64,000 nt of DNA from Lingula anatina (GCA_051362555.1 CM120641.1:20212001-20276000); one strand, 5' to 3'. Positions 25,001 to 39,400 are shown, counted from the stretch's first letter. Notes: generated by a model from the letters alone, not told the origin. Made by a program: numbers and translations.

Positions 25001-25248
25001 AGGAGTAAAACAGTGATGGTTGTCATCGCTGAAAGCAAGGTATGGTGCTTTCCCTTACATACACTATTTAATTTTTTTTTTTTCGATTTTGCACCTGTAA
25101 CAACCAAATAAGTATGACTTAAGTATGATCTCAACACAGGAAGAAAATGATGTTTTATTCCTCGATTTTTCAGGCTGAGTTTGAAAAGCCCCCAGAACAG
25201 CCCAAAATAAGTACAAAATGGTCCCCTGGCTTCTTTGGAAGACGATAA
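18695..25248 (+). CDS. TIMM50: Mitochondrial import inner membrane translocase subunit TIM50, complete, 397 aa. join(18695-19097, 19647-19678, 21689-21710, 22653-22711, 22871-22990, 23294-23401, 23649-23762, 24176-24332, 24799-24902, 25174-25248)
   Basis: Ten GT-AG exons total 1194 nt in frame from ATG to TAA. Presequence-like N-terminus, one TM helix, and FCP1-like domain motifs [54 protein letters not shown]. Confidence 0.96.
19647..19678 (+). CDS. TIMM50: TIMM50 exon 2 (32 nt)
   Basis: tttcag|[11 protein letters not shown]|gtaagt. Confidence 0.85.
19709..20563. mobile_element. Possible old non-autonomous DNA transposon
   Basis: 13-bp inverted repeat AGACATGCTGAAA ... TTTCAGCATGTCT; no clear target-site duplication. 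Confidence 0.4.
20908..21652 (+). mobile_element. Helentron-associated interspersed element (HINE/DINE-1-like)
   Basis: Subterminal inverted repeats TATTGTACCACCAGC (20908) and GCTGGTGGTACAATA (21603), 3' hairpin GAGGCAGTATTGCCTC, CTAGTT end, internal ~140-bp degenerate repeats (TATCTCCAAAACTG...GCCCATAG; TGACCTTG motifs). Confidence 0.8.
21689..21710 (+). CDS. TIMM50: TIMM50 exon 3 (22-nt microexon)
   Basis: ttttttag|IEDEFSH|gtaagt; required for frame continuity. Confidence 0.85.
21961..22601. mobile_element. Non-autonomous DNA transposon with ~50-bp terminal inverted repeats
   Basis: CTGGGCTTTATAACTCGAAAGCATCGCAAATTGC ... GCAATTTGCGATGCTTTCGAGTAATGGAGCCCTG. Confidence 0.8.
22653..22711 (+). 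CDS. TIMM50: TIMM50 exon 4
   Basis: [20 protein letters not shown]; donor gtgagt. Confidence 0.85.
22871..22990 (+). CDS. TIMM50: TIMM50 exon 5
   Basis: [40 protein letters not shown]. Confidence 0.96.
23294..23401 (+). CDS. TIMM50: TIMM50 exon 6
   Basis: [36 protein letters not shown]. Confidence 0.96.
23649..23762 (+). CDS. TIMM50: TIMM50 exon 7
   Basis: [38 protein letters not shown]. Confidence 0.95.
23801..23863. repeat. (ATAAT)n pentanucleotide microsatellite
   Basis: Read directly. Confidence 0.95.
24176..24332 (+). CDS. TIMM50: TIMM50 exon 8
   Basis: [52 protein letters not shown]. Confidence 0.96.
24799..24902 (+). CDS. TIMM50: TIMM50 exon 9
   Basis: [35 protein letters not shown]. 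Confidence 0.95.
25174..25248 (+). CDS. TIMM50: TIMM50 exon 10 (last coding exon)
   Basis: tttcag|[24 protein letters not shown]. Confidence 0.85.
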   Translation, partial: AEFEKPPEQPKISTKWSPGFFGRR

Positions 25249-28200
25249 CATAAGTCAGTCTGTACCAAGCCCATAAATGACTGTTACATTAAAAGAGAGA
25301 GAGAATGGCAAAGCTGGGGAAAAGACTCAGTTCAGTTGTTTGTTTGGAAGAAACTATTCCAAATGGTTGTTCTCATATAGAGATAGTGTGGACAAATAAA
25401 TCAAAGATATTCAGGGAGGCTCAATTTGGTTCATTAAGCTTTGCTGAAGTGCAACCTATTCTGTGAATAGTTATATGTACTGAGGTTTGTACAAATGGTA
25501 TTTAAAAATGCAGTAATAGTTTCCTTAAGTTGTGACCTACGTATTTGAAAGTGCACTTCTCTTTTGAATGTAATTTTATGTAAATAAAGGAATATAATCA
25601 GCAGAAAACATTTAATACATGTTAAAATTGACAGTCCATCAAGATATACATGAATAATGAATATCAAGTGATTTTCAGAAAACGGAATATAGCCATTCTT
25701 ATTAACAGGATCTCTCTCTCTTTTAGCCCTCTTCTATACCATATATTACAAAGCAGTCTTTTTGTACTGTATCCTGTTCTGCATTTGTACATCATATAAA
25801 TGTTTTATTGAATAGCAAAGAAAAGTATGTATAGAGCTTGTCGATATGATCCACAAGTGAATTTCTTATAGAACAGCAAAGATGCTGATATGCTACAAAA
25901 GATTTTATTTGTAAAAGTTTTAACTTAAGTCTTATTCTGAGCTTTATGCCCGATGCCCAACAGCTTTGTCTTCAAGCCTCCATACCTGCTCACTTCTCAC
26001 TCGGAGGCACTCTGTGGCAAGTTCAATTGAAGATTACTAAACTATAACAAAAGCTCATTTGGTAATCTGGATTTCACATTCCCATAAAAGACTAATTATA
26101 TTGTTGTGGATGTATTGAACATTTTGTCTAACTTTTGTGATTGGCTTAGTAATCTTCAATCAAACTGAAGTTCAGACATAACAGACACGTATGAAAATGC
26201 AAAATTGAAAAGAAGTTGTCACACATCACGCCTTATCTATTCTCAATAAATTTACCATATGTTATAAAAGTTAATTATTCAAATGAACAGATGTTACTTA
26301 ATGCTTGTTTAGTGTTTGTATAAAGCTTGTTTTGACCATATACCAAATGTGGTACTTATCAGAAAACCATGAAACCAGAATAAAAATTTTGTATTAGTGT
26401 ATTAGTTACCTGTCAAATGTATCTTTTTAAAATAACATTCTGATTAATTGACTCCATGTTGTTTTGACTCGGTACATAAAAAAGTTTTGAAAAAATTACG
26501 ATAAAAACTAGAAAATTTCATTACTTAAAAATTAATTAATATTTGAAAATGCCTGAATCCAACATGGCCATATTAGGCGAAGAACTTTTCAAAATTATCT
26601 AGAGGCCCATTTTCAAGTTTGATGAAATTTTCTAAGTGAAAAAAAATTATGCAAGCAGAGAATCGGCTTCTGAAAAAAATTTCAAGACCGACTAAATTTC
26701 CAAGTTTTAACCATAACATTGGATGGAAAGTTTGTGTTTATATGCCCAGGCTCTTGTAACATCCCAAAGTTCTGAATCATACATTACTTCTGTAACTTTT
26801 CATCTAGATTGTACTGCTTCTTGCAGAATAATACAGTAATTCTTTTTGATTACTGGTTCTTTTCATTATTTTTACGCTTTCCACAAACGAAATAGAAAAA
26901 AAAAAGTTTTGCTAATTGAAATAAAACTGATTCCAAAATTTTAATGTTGGGATGCGTTTAGTAACATTTGACTTAACATCTTAAAATATCGTAGAACTGG
27001 AACCCAAATTTTTTAGATGTTGCCTGATGAAATTATACAAAGTTAAAATGCAAAGATAAAGAATGTGTTATCTGTTTCTGTCACATCTGATGGACTGGTA
27101 TCAGTTTTGACACCTGTTGGCATTGTGTTGAAGTTCTCAACTAACACAATTTGTACATTCTAGTCTACATACTGGACAGCTGAGACTAGTGTCAGCTGGA
27201 TTTTTCAGTCATTTAAAAAAGTGTTATTGAGTAAGAAATCTATGTGAAATAAAATCACAAAGAAAAAAATCATAATCGTAAGTATTACTGCAGCAGAATG
27301 ATGGCATCATCCTAGTTGCATCCAAGTCATCAAGTGTTGATATTTGATGGCACATAGTTAAATTGTAGATGTATACATATTTCTAAAAATGGAGTCATTC
27401 TGGCTGAATCCATTTTCGGTTGCAAAGAAAAAAGGTTAACCATGACATCTCTCATTATAGAAAAACAATAGATTGACGCATGAAACAAGACCACCACGTC
27501 TGACAACTAGATATTGAGACTTATTTGTTATGGGACAAATGCCAAGCTTATGTATTATATTAAATTTCCAAGGATATGAATGACAGTAGGGTTGAAGTTG
27601 TACTGACTGCCACTAATCCTCAGAACATGCTTGGCACCAAGGTTCAATGGATATTAGTTTCAATCGGAAGAAAATTGCTTTCTAAAAACATCACAGGTTT
27701 GTTGTTACACACACCTGACAATGTTCAGCACATTATCATCTCGCATTTCTGTCCTTTAATGTTGACATCAAGCATCGGAGAGTTTGAGGTAGAGATGCAC
27801 ATCAAAAAAGTAATGATCTTTATGGTCTCCTTCAACTTCCAGGCACATGGGAATCAGATTTTAAGTGATGGTATTAACCATTATGAAAGTGATAAAAAAT
27901 ATTTGTGAGACGGAAGGATAAAAAGAAGATAAAACATTAAAACAACCATGTACTTGAAGTTAGAAAATAATAAGACATTAGGAAATCATTTTATTTGTTG
28001 TAAAATAATTTGACAAAATATTTTATTGACTTGTTGAAATATACATATGGCTTTAAAAAGTGGACAATAGCCCATAGCCTGCCTGCATGCTTCTTTTGAC
28101 TGTACTGGTTAAATAAGGCAACAAAGCTGTCAAAAGTACAGAGAAAACAGATAAAATAATAGCATGGGTGTTCAGAATCTTATGTAATTAGCATAGGGCT

Positions 28201-31200
28201 TCAGGCTGAGGCATCTAAATTCAATTAAAGAAATTTGACACAAAAGCCAGGCAACAAAGCCTTAACAAACATGCTTCAATTTGTGTTCATCCTGCAAATT
28301 GTCAGTTTTAGAGGATGTACCACTATTTCTAAGATATGTCACAAAAATATAGAGTTTATATTATGCAATTTTTCATCGAAACGTGAGAAAATGACCCCAA
28401 ATAGCACGTGAGATTCAAAAGGTTTGCCAACAAAGAAGACGTCATTTTATTGATTCATGCTGGGAGATTCAAGTTATCTTTGTTTGATTTGACCAAGTAA
28501 CTACTTTAATCTCCACTTTCAATGGTTTGGTTTTAACCAACTTATTGTTAATTGTTGGATTATGCAAGAAACATTCATTGTCACTGAATGCGTACAGAAC
28601 ATTGATTCAGACTTTGCATGTTGAACAATGAGTAAACCGTTATGCACAGAAAACTTTTCCTTCAATACATTATTGGTAGTGTTCAATACATGACCATTGT
28701 TTTTAGAAATGCCTCTAAGACTACCAATCACTGTTTGTAAGATCTCTTTCCCAGTACTTTCAGTCAATTATGCTTAAATAAACTAACAGCACTATTATAA
28801 CAATTCTGTTTTCCATGTAAGCACAAATAATCAATAAAAACAACAAGACAGAATTTTGTTAAAAGATCAGAATACTCAAGCTGGTCAAGCCTTGATTAGT
28901 AAACATCTAATTATGACCAGTATTGAATTATTTCTGACAGACAAAACTGCAATAATGTTTGCCACACACATGTACGTTTTGTGCCTACGTGTTCAATTAA
29001 TATCAACATGGCTTCACAGAAAAAACCAATGACCTTGAGGCTAGAACATTATTTCACACATATCACAAAGCAAAAAATCTCAGTGGTAACTTTCCAGCAT
29101 TCTTACTATCAGTAGTACCTGGTTAATTCTCACACTTGCTGTGTTTTGAGAGGGAAATTGAGTTCAGAGGAACAGGAACAAAGTTGAATTTGCATGAATA
29201 GCCAATCAATTGCGGGATTAGATCTAATGCTTTTGTTTGCATAAAGCTATCGCTACGTTGATAACTGAGAAAAATATCTACAAAATGTGACTATATAGAA
29301 TTTTTTTATCTGGCAATCTGTTTATGCGTTATTAAGTTAAAAAACTTAATATAGGGAAACTTACAAATCAAATTAATGATTAAGGACGGAAAAAATGGAC
29401 TATAAAAGGTTGTTTTATCGTACCTCAGGATTCTGAAAGAAACACTGCAAAACCTAAGTCTGCTTAAGTGTTTTTATTGAGTAAATACATGTAGATGGTG
29501 TGTATGAACATATTTATTGATTCTTGATCATTCTAGGAAGATGAGTGCAGCAAATGGACAGCGGGACAACCAGAAGTTCAAGCAATTGTTACTTACAAAA
29601 CCAGACATCTTTCTTCTAGCTGCATTGTACCATCTTGCCTATATGTATTACAATTGCTAAAATTCTGACTTTTTAATGGCTAAGTGTTTATCGCAGAGTG
29701 TACAACTGAAGGTTTTGAATGGGAATTATTGTAGTGCCTTCCAAAATAACTAAAGTGCAATAGATGTGAACTTAGATCTAGCGCACTCAGTAAATGCTAC
29801 ACGATGCCTGGAATCAGTTTTTTAGTACATTTCACGTAAAAAGGCAAATGAATGTTTTCATCTGTGTAAATTAATATTCATCAAAGTGCTCTGCAAATAG
29901 CGCAGAACAATCGTTAAGTGGAAGCTGCTTTAATGGCAAGCCAGAAAGTGCTCCAGTGGCTGGAACTAGGATTTGACAATCCTTTCTCTGATTGGACTGG
30001 CCTATTGACACTCACTTCCAACCAAGGGCTTGCATTTCAAAAATCAATACAGTGTGCATTAAGTTTCTAAATGACTTTGTCTTTCAATAATTCTGTTCAC
30101 ATTTTCCCACGAGAATAGCGCCCTGCGGTAGATATTCTCCAGAGATCGGACCCTGCGAAGATTTGTGTGTAGAAAAATGTGTATTTTCCACTCTACAGGG
30201 GTATCATTGTAAGGTGGGTCGGTTCTTTGATTTTTATTGTGAGTGTTGATACTCTATGATTGTGACATTCCCTGTGCAACTAGAAGAGATGGATGTGAAA
30301 TGTTTACATCATCTGGTTCCATCCCTATTGAAAATTCAGAAAAAAAAAAAATCCACAGATGATTTTTTTATGACTCATCCAACTGAGACATAAGTTGTCG
30401 GATGATTATACAAAAGCTGACAGGGTTATCTGTCGAGGTAATTTGACTGTAACATATGCCAGTTGTGATATTTCCTTATCCAGTTCAACAACTACATAGT
30501 ATAATTGTTAGTTGTAAAAGTTAACTTGAATTTAATTGAACAAGAAACCCCTTTTTGATGGGTGAAAAATGTTAAAATGTCTCTTTGGCACATAGATATA
30601 GCCCTATTTGAATTGACATCCATAGCATCTAGCAGATATACATACCATTTTTTCACACATATAAAACTCATTGCATTTTATAAAACTCTTTTTATCATAT
30701 GTAAACTTTAAAAGGCCCTGGGTTGACTCCATGTTTATTATTTAGACCAAGATGGATTTTTCTATTAGAAAAAATGAAAATTGTTAATAGTTAGCAACCA
30801 TTATTACTTGCAGATCTTAAAAATTCCTTGGGATCCTCTAACTTTCTGAGATGAATTCAAAATTGTAATACAATAATCTCAGACAAATGTGAGTTATTTG
30901 TAGAAATTCCAATTGCCAAGCTCTAAGTGTCATGACAAGAAATACCTTCTTTCTTATTGTCTAGGTAGGAAAATATATTTTTTCATTATGACAAAGTGTG
31001 GCTTTGAAAAACTATCTGGCCATCCCATTGTTTAAAAATGCCTGCACATGTATGCTGTGTGATCAAAAATAAGGGAGATTTCAGAGAACATTTCATTGGC
31101 CATTAACTCTTCAGTGTGGATGGTCAGTCATTCTGTTCAGCTACCATCAATCCAAAATATTTTCAAAAATGTAAAAAAATTAACACAGAGTATATATTCT

Positions 31201-34200
31201 TATTGACACAACACATTTAGAAGAAGAGAATTGTATCTAGATCCAGATGAATATACACATATTTCATTCCCCCCAGAGAAATCATGGTACCCACATGACT
31301 GCACTGCATTCAATCTTTGTCTGCTGAATTTGCACATCATTATGATTATAATTTGTGCAAGGAAAAATACTGAGGGTAAACTTTTAACCTGACACGAATT
31401 GACCTGGACTATAATAATGTTAATTCTAAAACATATGCATCTCAACAATTAAAATACCAAAGAAGTGAAGTATTTATATTAATTCATATCTCTGTGGATT
31501 CAACTCACTCTGGAAATATTTGTTCAAAAGATAGTGTACCTAACTTTGTCACTATGTGACAATGGATCCCATCAATTATTCTAGAAGTTGACTAGACATA
31601 TTTATCTAACAGATAATATCTGAAATCTAATTGATTACTGTATCACAAGGAACTGATGAGTTTTGAAGTATTTGTCCACCTTTCCATTGGTGTCTTACTT
31701 CATCTGTCCTGTATTAGTTGCAGTACAAGTTGCCAGTTTCTGTTTAAAGAAGGGTGTCAGTAAGTGCATATTAAATGAATTATATCTCATTGACGTCAGG
31801 TGAGATGAAACTTTGGGTTGGGCCTGTCCTGGACTGACTGTCACTACCTTGATCAATACATTGCCATTTTATCATTTTCTCTGGATAATGGGGAAATGCT
31901 GTTAAACAAAAGCTAAAATTCTTGCAGCTATGAATTAAACAGAAATAAATATGTACCCTAAGTTTTAAAAAATGAACCATTAAATATAGTATGAGTATGA
32001 CCTGTGTAAAACTTGGTACAAATAGAATGAGAATGAGTTTATCATGTTGTCAAATATATACATAACACTTGTTTCAACTATACTTCATTCTTGAATTGGT
32101 GGGATGGTACAAAAAAGGAAGTATATTTTAATGGAAATTAAATCTTATAATCTTTAAGAAAATACAATTTTCTTAACTCTCAAAAAAATAAATCTTGCCA
32201 AATTAACAGTTCATATTGCCTTGTTTAATAGCCACAACCCCAAATATGCACCTTTTCTGGGTTAAGTAATTAAAAAAGTGAAGTGAATTTTACTTTCATT
32301 TTCTATTTTTGATTGTTAACTAATATAATATAATACATACTGTTTTCATACTAAATACAGGCTGATAAACTGTTACACATATATATATATATATAGTTTG
32401 TTTACTTTGGAATAATATATTCCATCAGTCTCATACATAGAATCACATATACATAGTAGATCTGATCCCCTGCTGGATACTTCCAGCCTGTTTAATGTAT
32501 CATGCTAAATTACATAATTCTTTTTTATTGGAAGTATTCAGCGGGAGAACAAGTTTGGAGACAGGTTTTCTACTTTTTTTTTGTTTGTGTACACTTAGAT
32601 GATGCAACAGCCCATTTTCACATCAACCAACTACTCCCAACTTCTCCAAGCTACAGTTATTTTTTATTCTTACCAAAGGTGTAGAATTGATTTGATAACA
32701 GCTATGAATATTAATAATCCTAATTTCAAATCAGTGTTTTAATACTCTATTTAATATCATTTAGTCATTTAGCATGACAGCTCTGATCAGCTTTTGGTCC
32801 CTTGTTGTATCAGGTAGGTTTATTGTCCTATCAAGACCTTAAGTGTTGCAACTCTAGAATTATAAAAGGGTTCTGCGTACAATTCATTATTTTGTAAAGC
32901 TTAAAACATGCCAAATGGAAAATGTCGCTCTTTGACTTTGATTTCCACTTAGACAATTATGAGTACTAGAGTGTAATTAATTCTACGCTTTAATAACAAC
33001 CATCACCATGAAACCTACTACTGCTGTTCAATGAGTATATAGATTTGTCATCATATGACGAATTAGTAGAGTCAAGATGATGAAATTGTCATTAGCCACC
33101 TGATAAAATTTTGCCGTTTGATGTTAAGCTATAATAATAAACAAATGAAAAATACCATGGTATTTCCAGTTAAATTGAACAGGCAAGAGGAAGCACCGAG
33201 TACAATGTACAATTTCAATCAATACAAATGGCGGTTTTGATCATCCTGACGACAAGCAAAGCACTCCCTAGTACTACAGCATATATGGTTATGGTATAGT
33301 GCATGTTCTTTTGATTGAGGTCCATACAATTGGAGAAATTCAGATATTTGATAGTTTTTTTTTTCATTGAATAATTATCCCGTAATTATCTCATATTATT
33401 GTGTAAATATTTTCAATGTTGAAAATATGTTAAAAGATAAACATTAACAGATTTATTTAACACGTTTAAGACCTCTTCCTAACTTATGTTATTTGGTATT
33501 AACTAATGCAAGCTCTTCAAAAATTAAGTATAAATAATGGATTTTTTAAAGGATTACCCTATTCAAAGAATTTAACAAATCTGTGCAAATAAAGACAGCT
33601 TTTAATTTTGGCTAATTACTCCACTTGTTCCAGTATCACTCCGTTTTCTAGTGAAAGGTCCAATCCACCCGAAAGAAAGTTCACTTTAAAATGCCTGTTC
33701 TAAAACAGGAAAGTTGATTGCAATCAATCTGTGATAATACTGTGTAGACTCTGCAAGATATTATGGATCCAACATATGTGAAAGGAATATATGGTGTTGC
33801 CTCTATAATGGAACATAATCACAATCACAGCCACTCATGTGAATAGACCCTTATACTCATGTCACCTGTGAATGGGTTCCCTGAATAAAATGGTGACTTT
33901 ATGCAGGTTATTTAAAAATTCTAATAAAGGACAGAACACCAAGTATAATAGCTACAATAGTTTATTTCCATGCCAAAAGGGTTATTACAGCATGAAATTT
34001 TGCTATATAATAACAATGTATATAATACTTAACCAATCTAAAAACAATTGTAAACTCTCTTACTTGGGACATATTCTCAAAAGTTTATAACTCTAAATCA
34101 ATGACACTTCTTTGTATGTCAGGTTTTAACTATTTGAGTTTTAAAATCTGACCCACCAGAAAGTGATAAATGTTTTTTTTATTCACAAACTTCTGAAAAT

Positions 34201-36339
34201 ACAATCCCTGGTTTTTACATATATGAAGCCCATTCATATACATAATATACTGATTATACATGGCAAGGTCCATATGTACAAGACTTGCTAAGACATACCT
34301 TTCATTTTTTTTCTTTTTATAATTTTATAATTTAACAGTATTTATATAAATGTTGTAAAACATATAAGATTAACATATGTAAGGACCCAATAAAGTCTCT
34401 AAATGATAAATATTTACAAAATAGACGTCATTATTTTATGATGGGGAAAAAATCTCTGAAAGTGAAGCAAAAAGTATAATATGAATCAAAACTATCCAAC
34501 ATCCATACATACAGTTCTAAGGACTGCCTTCTTACCAAAAGCTCTCATATTTAAGCCAAAAATGCTCATTCTTTCCATTCAAAAAGTGTCTCATTATCAA
34601 ACTTTCACCTCACACTCAATTCTGATCATCAACAATAAAATGCATTATAAAATAAAACAAAAAAGTTGACTGCTTTTTCTTCTTGACATCATGAATAAAA
34701 CTCTATGTAAATCAATGAAATAAAAAGATAACTATATATAAAAAAAACTTTCATAATATATCAAACAAATAAGGTGCTCAAAAATCTTTTTTACAGATGA
34801 AAAAGTTTATACTTTTAAGTGAATATATACATTAACAATACCCCTTGATTCCTAACAAATTAATAACACTCTCTTTACACTGTACTTTCATATCATAAGA
34901 AACTTTTGTACGTTTTAAAGTTCTGGTGCTACTTACATCCAAGATATGATTTTTTCAAAGTAAAATCCCCTAAACCAGTCAATCTCTGAAATGATCAATT
35001 CCTTGTAAATGTGTACAAGAGTAAATCTAACCAAATACAAATTGGAGAGTTTTACAAAGATTAATCTGGTTAACCAATCCAGAGTAATCATTTAAATGAT
35101 TTGAACTTTTATATTACAATTAAAAGATGATTGCCCATGGTTAACCAAACATCTCCTTTAACTCCCACATTGTTATTATAGCACTGAGAAGGAAAAGGAC
35201 CTAAACTATACATCATGAAAACTTGAAACATTTCATTTTTTTTTTCTTTTTGCAAACCTGTTACCACGCCAATGACTGTGAATCAAGGAAAGTGCCCCTC
35301 GGACGTTAGTTTTATCAATCATTAAACTCCTCCCCTTCAACTGTTATATACATAATTGTAAGGTGACACGCCCATTAATTATCTTTTAAAACAAACTTCA
35401 GTTCACCATTATTGACCGCCACCTTCTGAGAATTTAAAAAAAATAATCAAACAACCAAAAAGGGACAGATAAAAATCCCACCATTAACCACCTTGTACCA
35501 TTCTTATAGCAGCAAGGTACCAGGTGTAGACAGTAACAGATGGACATCTGTGAACAATTGATCTCCAAGCACTTTGATACGCATCCGAGACAAATGATGC
35601 AATTAGACGAGGACAGTTCTAAAAGGGGAATTAGGTCAAATCGGCATCATGTGATAATAAGACAAATTAGAGACAATTGATGTGTAAAATGTTGCAGGCT
35701 AGGTTGAATTTTAGGCTGAATCCTCCCAGCTTTAAATACTGAAAGTTTTCAGAACTATTTACATTCAAAAGTTGAGTAGAATTGGGGCTGCTTAGGTGTG
35801 AAAAATTGCTCCAGTTCCAGAAGTTAGCATGTTGATTACATTACTGCATGCAGTGACTGCTTTAACATATTCTCTGTCATTCACTTCAGGAAAGGACTAT
35901 TATGTGAAAACCTAAAATCCAGTTTTCTCAACACTAGCCAAGATATAACAAACTTTAGAGAAAAATAAATACTTGCTTAGTTCTTGCTCTGAAAGGAAAG
36001 CTTCATCTTTTGCCTCAAGTGAAAACCTCTTCAAATACACAGTTCTTTTTACTGGCCAAGTTATATAAAAATCCATACTAGCTGGTTATTTCTCTGCAAA
36101 AAGGCTTTGATATTTGTTGTTCTGAAATATACAAGTTTCCCTTTTGCAAAATACAAAAATAAATAAATAAAAAAAGTAAAAAAAAGCTTAATCTACCCTT
36201 GCTCTTAAACAATATTGACCCTCAACAGAACACTTTGTCCTTATTTCTGACCAAGTCATGTAAAAGAAACAATAGATGACTCTACCCTTGCTAGTGAACA
36301 ATCTTGTTCCTCAACAGAAAACTGCTTCCCTTGTCCAGC

Positions 36340-36408
36340 TCACTGGTCAAGCCGGGTAGAAAGAACAATAAGTGACTTCAGGTAATCAAATGTCTCCATT
36401 GCCGGGCC
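36340..36408 (-). CDS. FAM120B: FAM120B-like last coding exon
   Basis: tttttttag|GPAMETFDYLKSLIVLSTRLDQ*; phase 0 matches the upstream exon. Confidence 0.75.
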   Translation of the reverse strand, partial: GPAMETFDYLKSLIVLSTRLDQ

Positions 36409-39400
36409 CTAAAAAAATGATAAAACAATGACACTTATATGCAAATAGCTCCATTTGGTGCAATGTACTTTTATGTCTGGTACTTGGGAGATGGATTGTC
36501 TACTTTTGATTGCATCATACTTCATTAGAAAAACTTAATTAAAGCACAACTAATTTGGTGAATGCCTTTGAAAATCCATTATGTCTGTCCAGTTACTGTG
36601 ACATCAAAAATGAAGGTTTGCTGAAAGTTAAGGCAAATCTAGTATTAGTTATACATGAACATGTGCCACTTGTTTTCACCACAGGGCCCTAACAAGGAAA
36701 ACACTATTCAGGAATGAGTATCCACAGATCTGCCTACTTAAAACTACACAGGGCTTTGTGGATGGATAAAACCAATGCCTGGGTATAGGCAAGGGAGGAA
36801 AATAATGCTCTTATCTTAACTACCCAGCTTACTATTATATCATACTCCTCATTAGGCCAAACAGACATTACGTAAGACAATAGCATTCCCCAGACAGAAG
36901 CTTTTTTTCTTATCACTTAACAGAAATGCTTTGTCTCTGATAAAAAATTCTCGTCTGAAAAAAAAAGCACTTAAAAGGTGTTAAAAGCTTTGTGGGATTA
37001 ATTTATGTGTCACACTCTTCCTTACAGATGCATAAATAACGTAATTACTGCCAGAGAAAAATTACATTAAAGGGTTTTGGCTGAGATCATCTACCATAAT
37101 TAAAAATTTGCAGACAAGAAAGATATCTGTGATAAGCAAACACTAAATCAAATTTTCTCTTTAATTATTATTATCATTATCACTTTTTTTATTTTATTTT
37201 TTTTACTTTTATTTCATTATATCATATCATATCATATCATATCATATCATATCATATCATATCATATCACATCACACTATACATCTGTCCAAAAAGCTTC
37301 AAATCATTTCTCCCCAAAAATTATATTACAATTGCTAACAAATTTTAAGAAATCCTGATCAATAACATTTTACCAGTTGTCTAAACATTAACATCTCTGT
37401 AACTTTTAGGTCCTTCAGATGCCCTTTGATAAAGTGACATTTTCTGTGACAACCACATTTTACCCAAAACAACTATGGTCAGGCTTACAGACAGCAATTT
37501 CAAAAGGGGGGAAGGGTCTTTTTCTAAAGAAGTGGACCTTTTCACCTCCTTCCAAAAGGGCAATTCTCACCTTCCCCTTCAAATCCACCCTGTTCAGCAC
37601 ACCCATATTTTATCATGGCATTCATGGCCTAAATTCAATTTGGTGAGGATTTTTGGTTCTAAACAATAACTTATCAAAATGGTGTCAGAATCATGAGTCA
37701 TATCCTTATCAGGCTGCTTAATTATAGAGATGATGAGAAAATTAGCAACAGAACACCTGAAATTGTACAGCTTGTTGCGTGTGGAAAAGAGTTTAAAATA
37801 GTGTGTCCAGCTATCCACTTAAAAAAAAAAAAAGGTCCACCCTTGTTTCTGATACTTACATAATAGTCACACAGTGATGCCAGATCTGCCCCGTCTCTGG
37901 CCTGCAGGTACTTGAGATGGAACAGCTTCCCATCGAAGCATCTCCATGGCATGCCTGCTGAAAGGGGGATGGGGTACCCACAGGCTCCTAGAACTGCCAG
38001 GCCCAGGGCCAGGCCCCTCATAAACAGCACTGCTAGCTGAACTGCTCTTGGGTCCACAGTGGGGACCTGAAAGCCATAGAAAAAAAAGGAGAGAGTCAGA
38101 ATAACTGATGGTTGGTGATTTTGCATGGAACTGAAAATCTGGAACTGCAGGGCTGTTCCTTTGTAAATAAAAGCACTGCATGCTTGCTCTCATAGATCTA
38201 CAGTACATAAGACCAAATAACAACAATATTTTCATGAAAAAACCAAACAGTTTTAAGGGAAAAGGGTGGATTTTTTTTTTACCAAAATACAGAAAAGCCA
38301 AAAACAAACATATTTTGTAAAATACTATTCCTGGTTCTAACACAACTTGTGCAGACCCTGTATAAGGCTTTTGCAATTATCATTATTTCTTTGCACCTGA
38401 AAAAATTGGAAAAGGGTGGGGCATAATATTCTGGAAAAAAAATGTTCTGAAACAAAAAGTATATGGGTATCAGTATTTTGCTTTGTTCTTCTAAAAACAT
38501 TTGGTAATGACAGTTAAGTCAAAAATAGTGTGTTATAGATAACTGCTTTTTTTTCATTCTATTGCAAAAAAACAGAAAATTAACATATTTGAAATCATTT
38601 GTGCCATCTTACATTTTTCTTAATCAAAACCCGTCAGTGTGAGTTTAAGTGTGTGTGTGTGCATGTGCGTGCATGCAAATTAATGTATACAAGGCTATTT
38701 ATAAATCAACTCTTATAATTTTCACATCAAATATGATTTCCCCAATGTTGTGATTTAGCAATTATCTAGAACTGTTGCCTCTCCATCCTTCCACTCCAAT
38801 CAGTTAAATCACTCTTCCTGACCCCAGCGTTGCCATTACATTATACTTTGTCTTCAATATGGTGTCATCTGTCAAACTACAAACAAATTTCACTGACCCT
38901 TTCACTGTTTCTAGAAACTCAACAGATCCTAACAACATAACATGTAATACAGTAAAGACTGAGGGTGTGGATAAAGACGAAGTATGTCCCCGAAGAAAAT
39001 TGCCAAGCTGGAGGTCTAAAACATATCTACAAGATAACCAACTGATACTAAAGAATCCTGTAGTACAAACCCTACTTTAAAAATTGAGTGCAAATGCAAT
39101 ATCAAAAGGAAGTTACCTAAATGCATGACATGCTGATTTAATGCCTAAATTTGTGAAAAGATTAATCATCAATTGTCGTGACAGTTTCAATGAATAAATT
39201 TTCACACCATTTAAGGAACTACCTGACTTCCACCTGACAAAAAGTGTATAATTTTGAATTTTTTTGTGACACTGGCCTGTATCTTAACACATCTGGTGAG
39301 GTAACAAGTACCTTATTAAGGCCCTATCAAGCCCTATTTTCACACCTATCTCTACAAGAAGCTCAATTAGACCAGCAGACTTAGAGAACACAACAGGATC

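Noticed and set aside
27576-27908. 110-aa ORF in the TIMM50-FAM120B spacer
   Set aside because: No domain or exon partners; the length is expected by chance.
37867-38376. 169-aa minus-strand ORF
   Set aside because: An alternative frame overlapping the FAM120B exon plus intron; the conserved frame is the PRAVQL...FDGKLF one.
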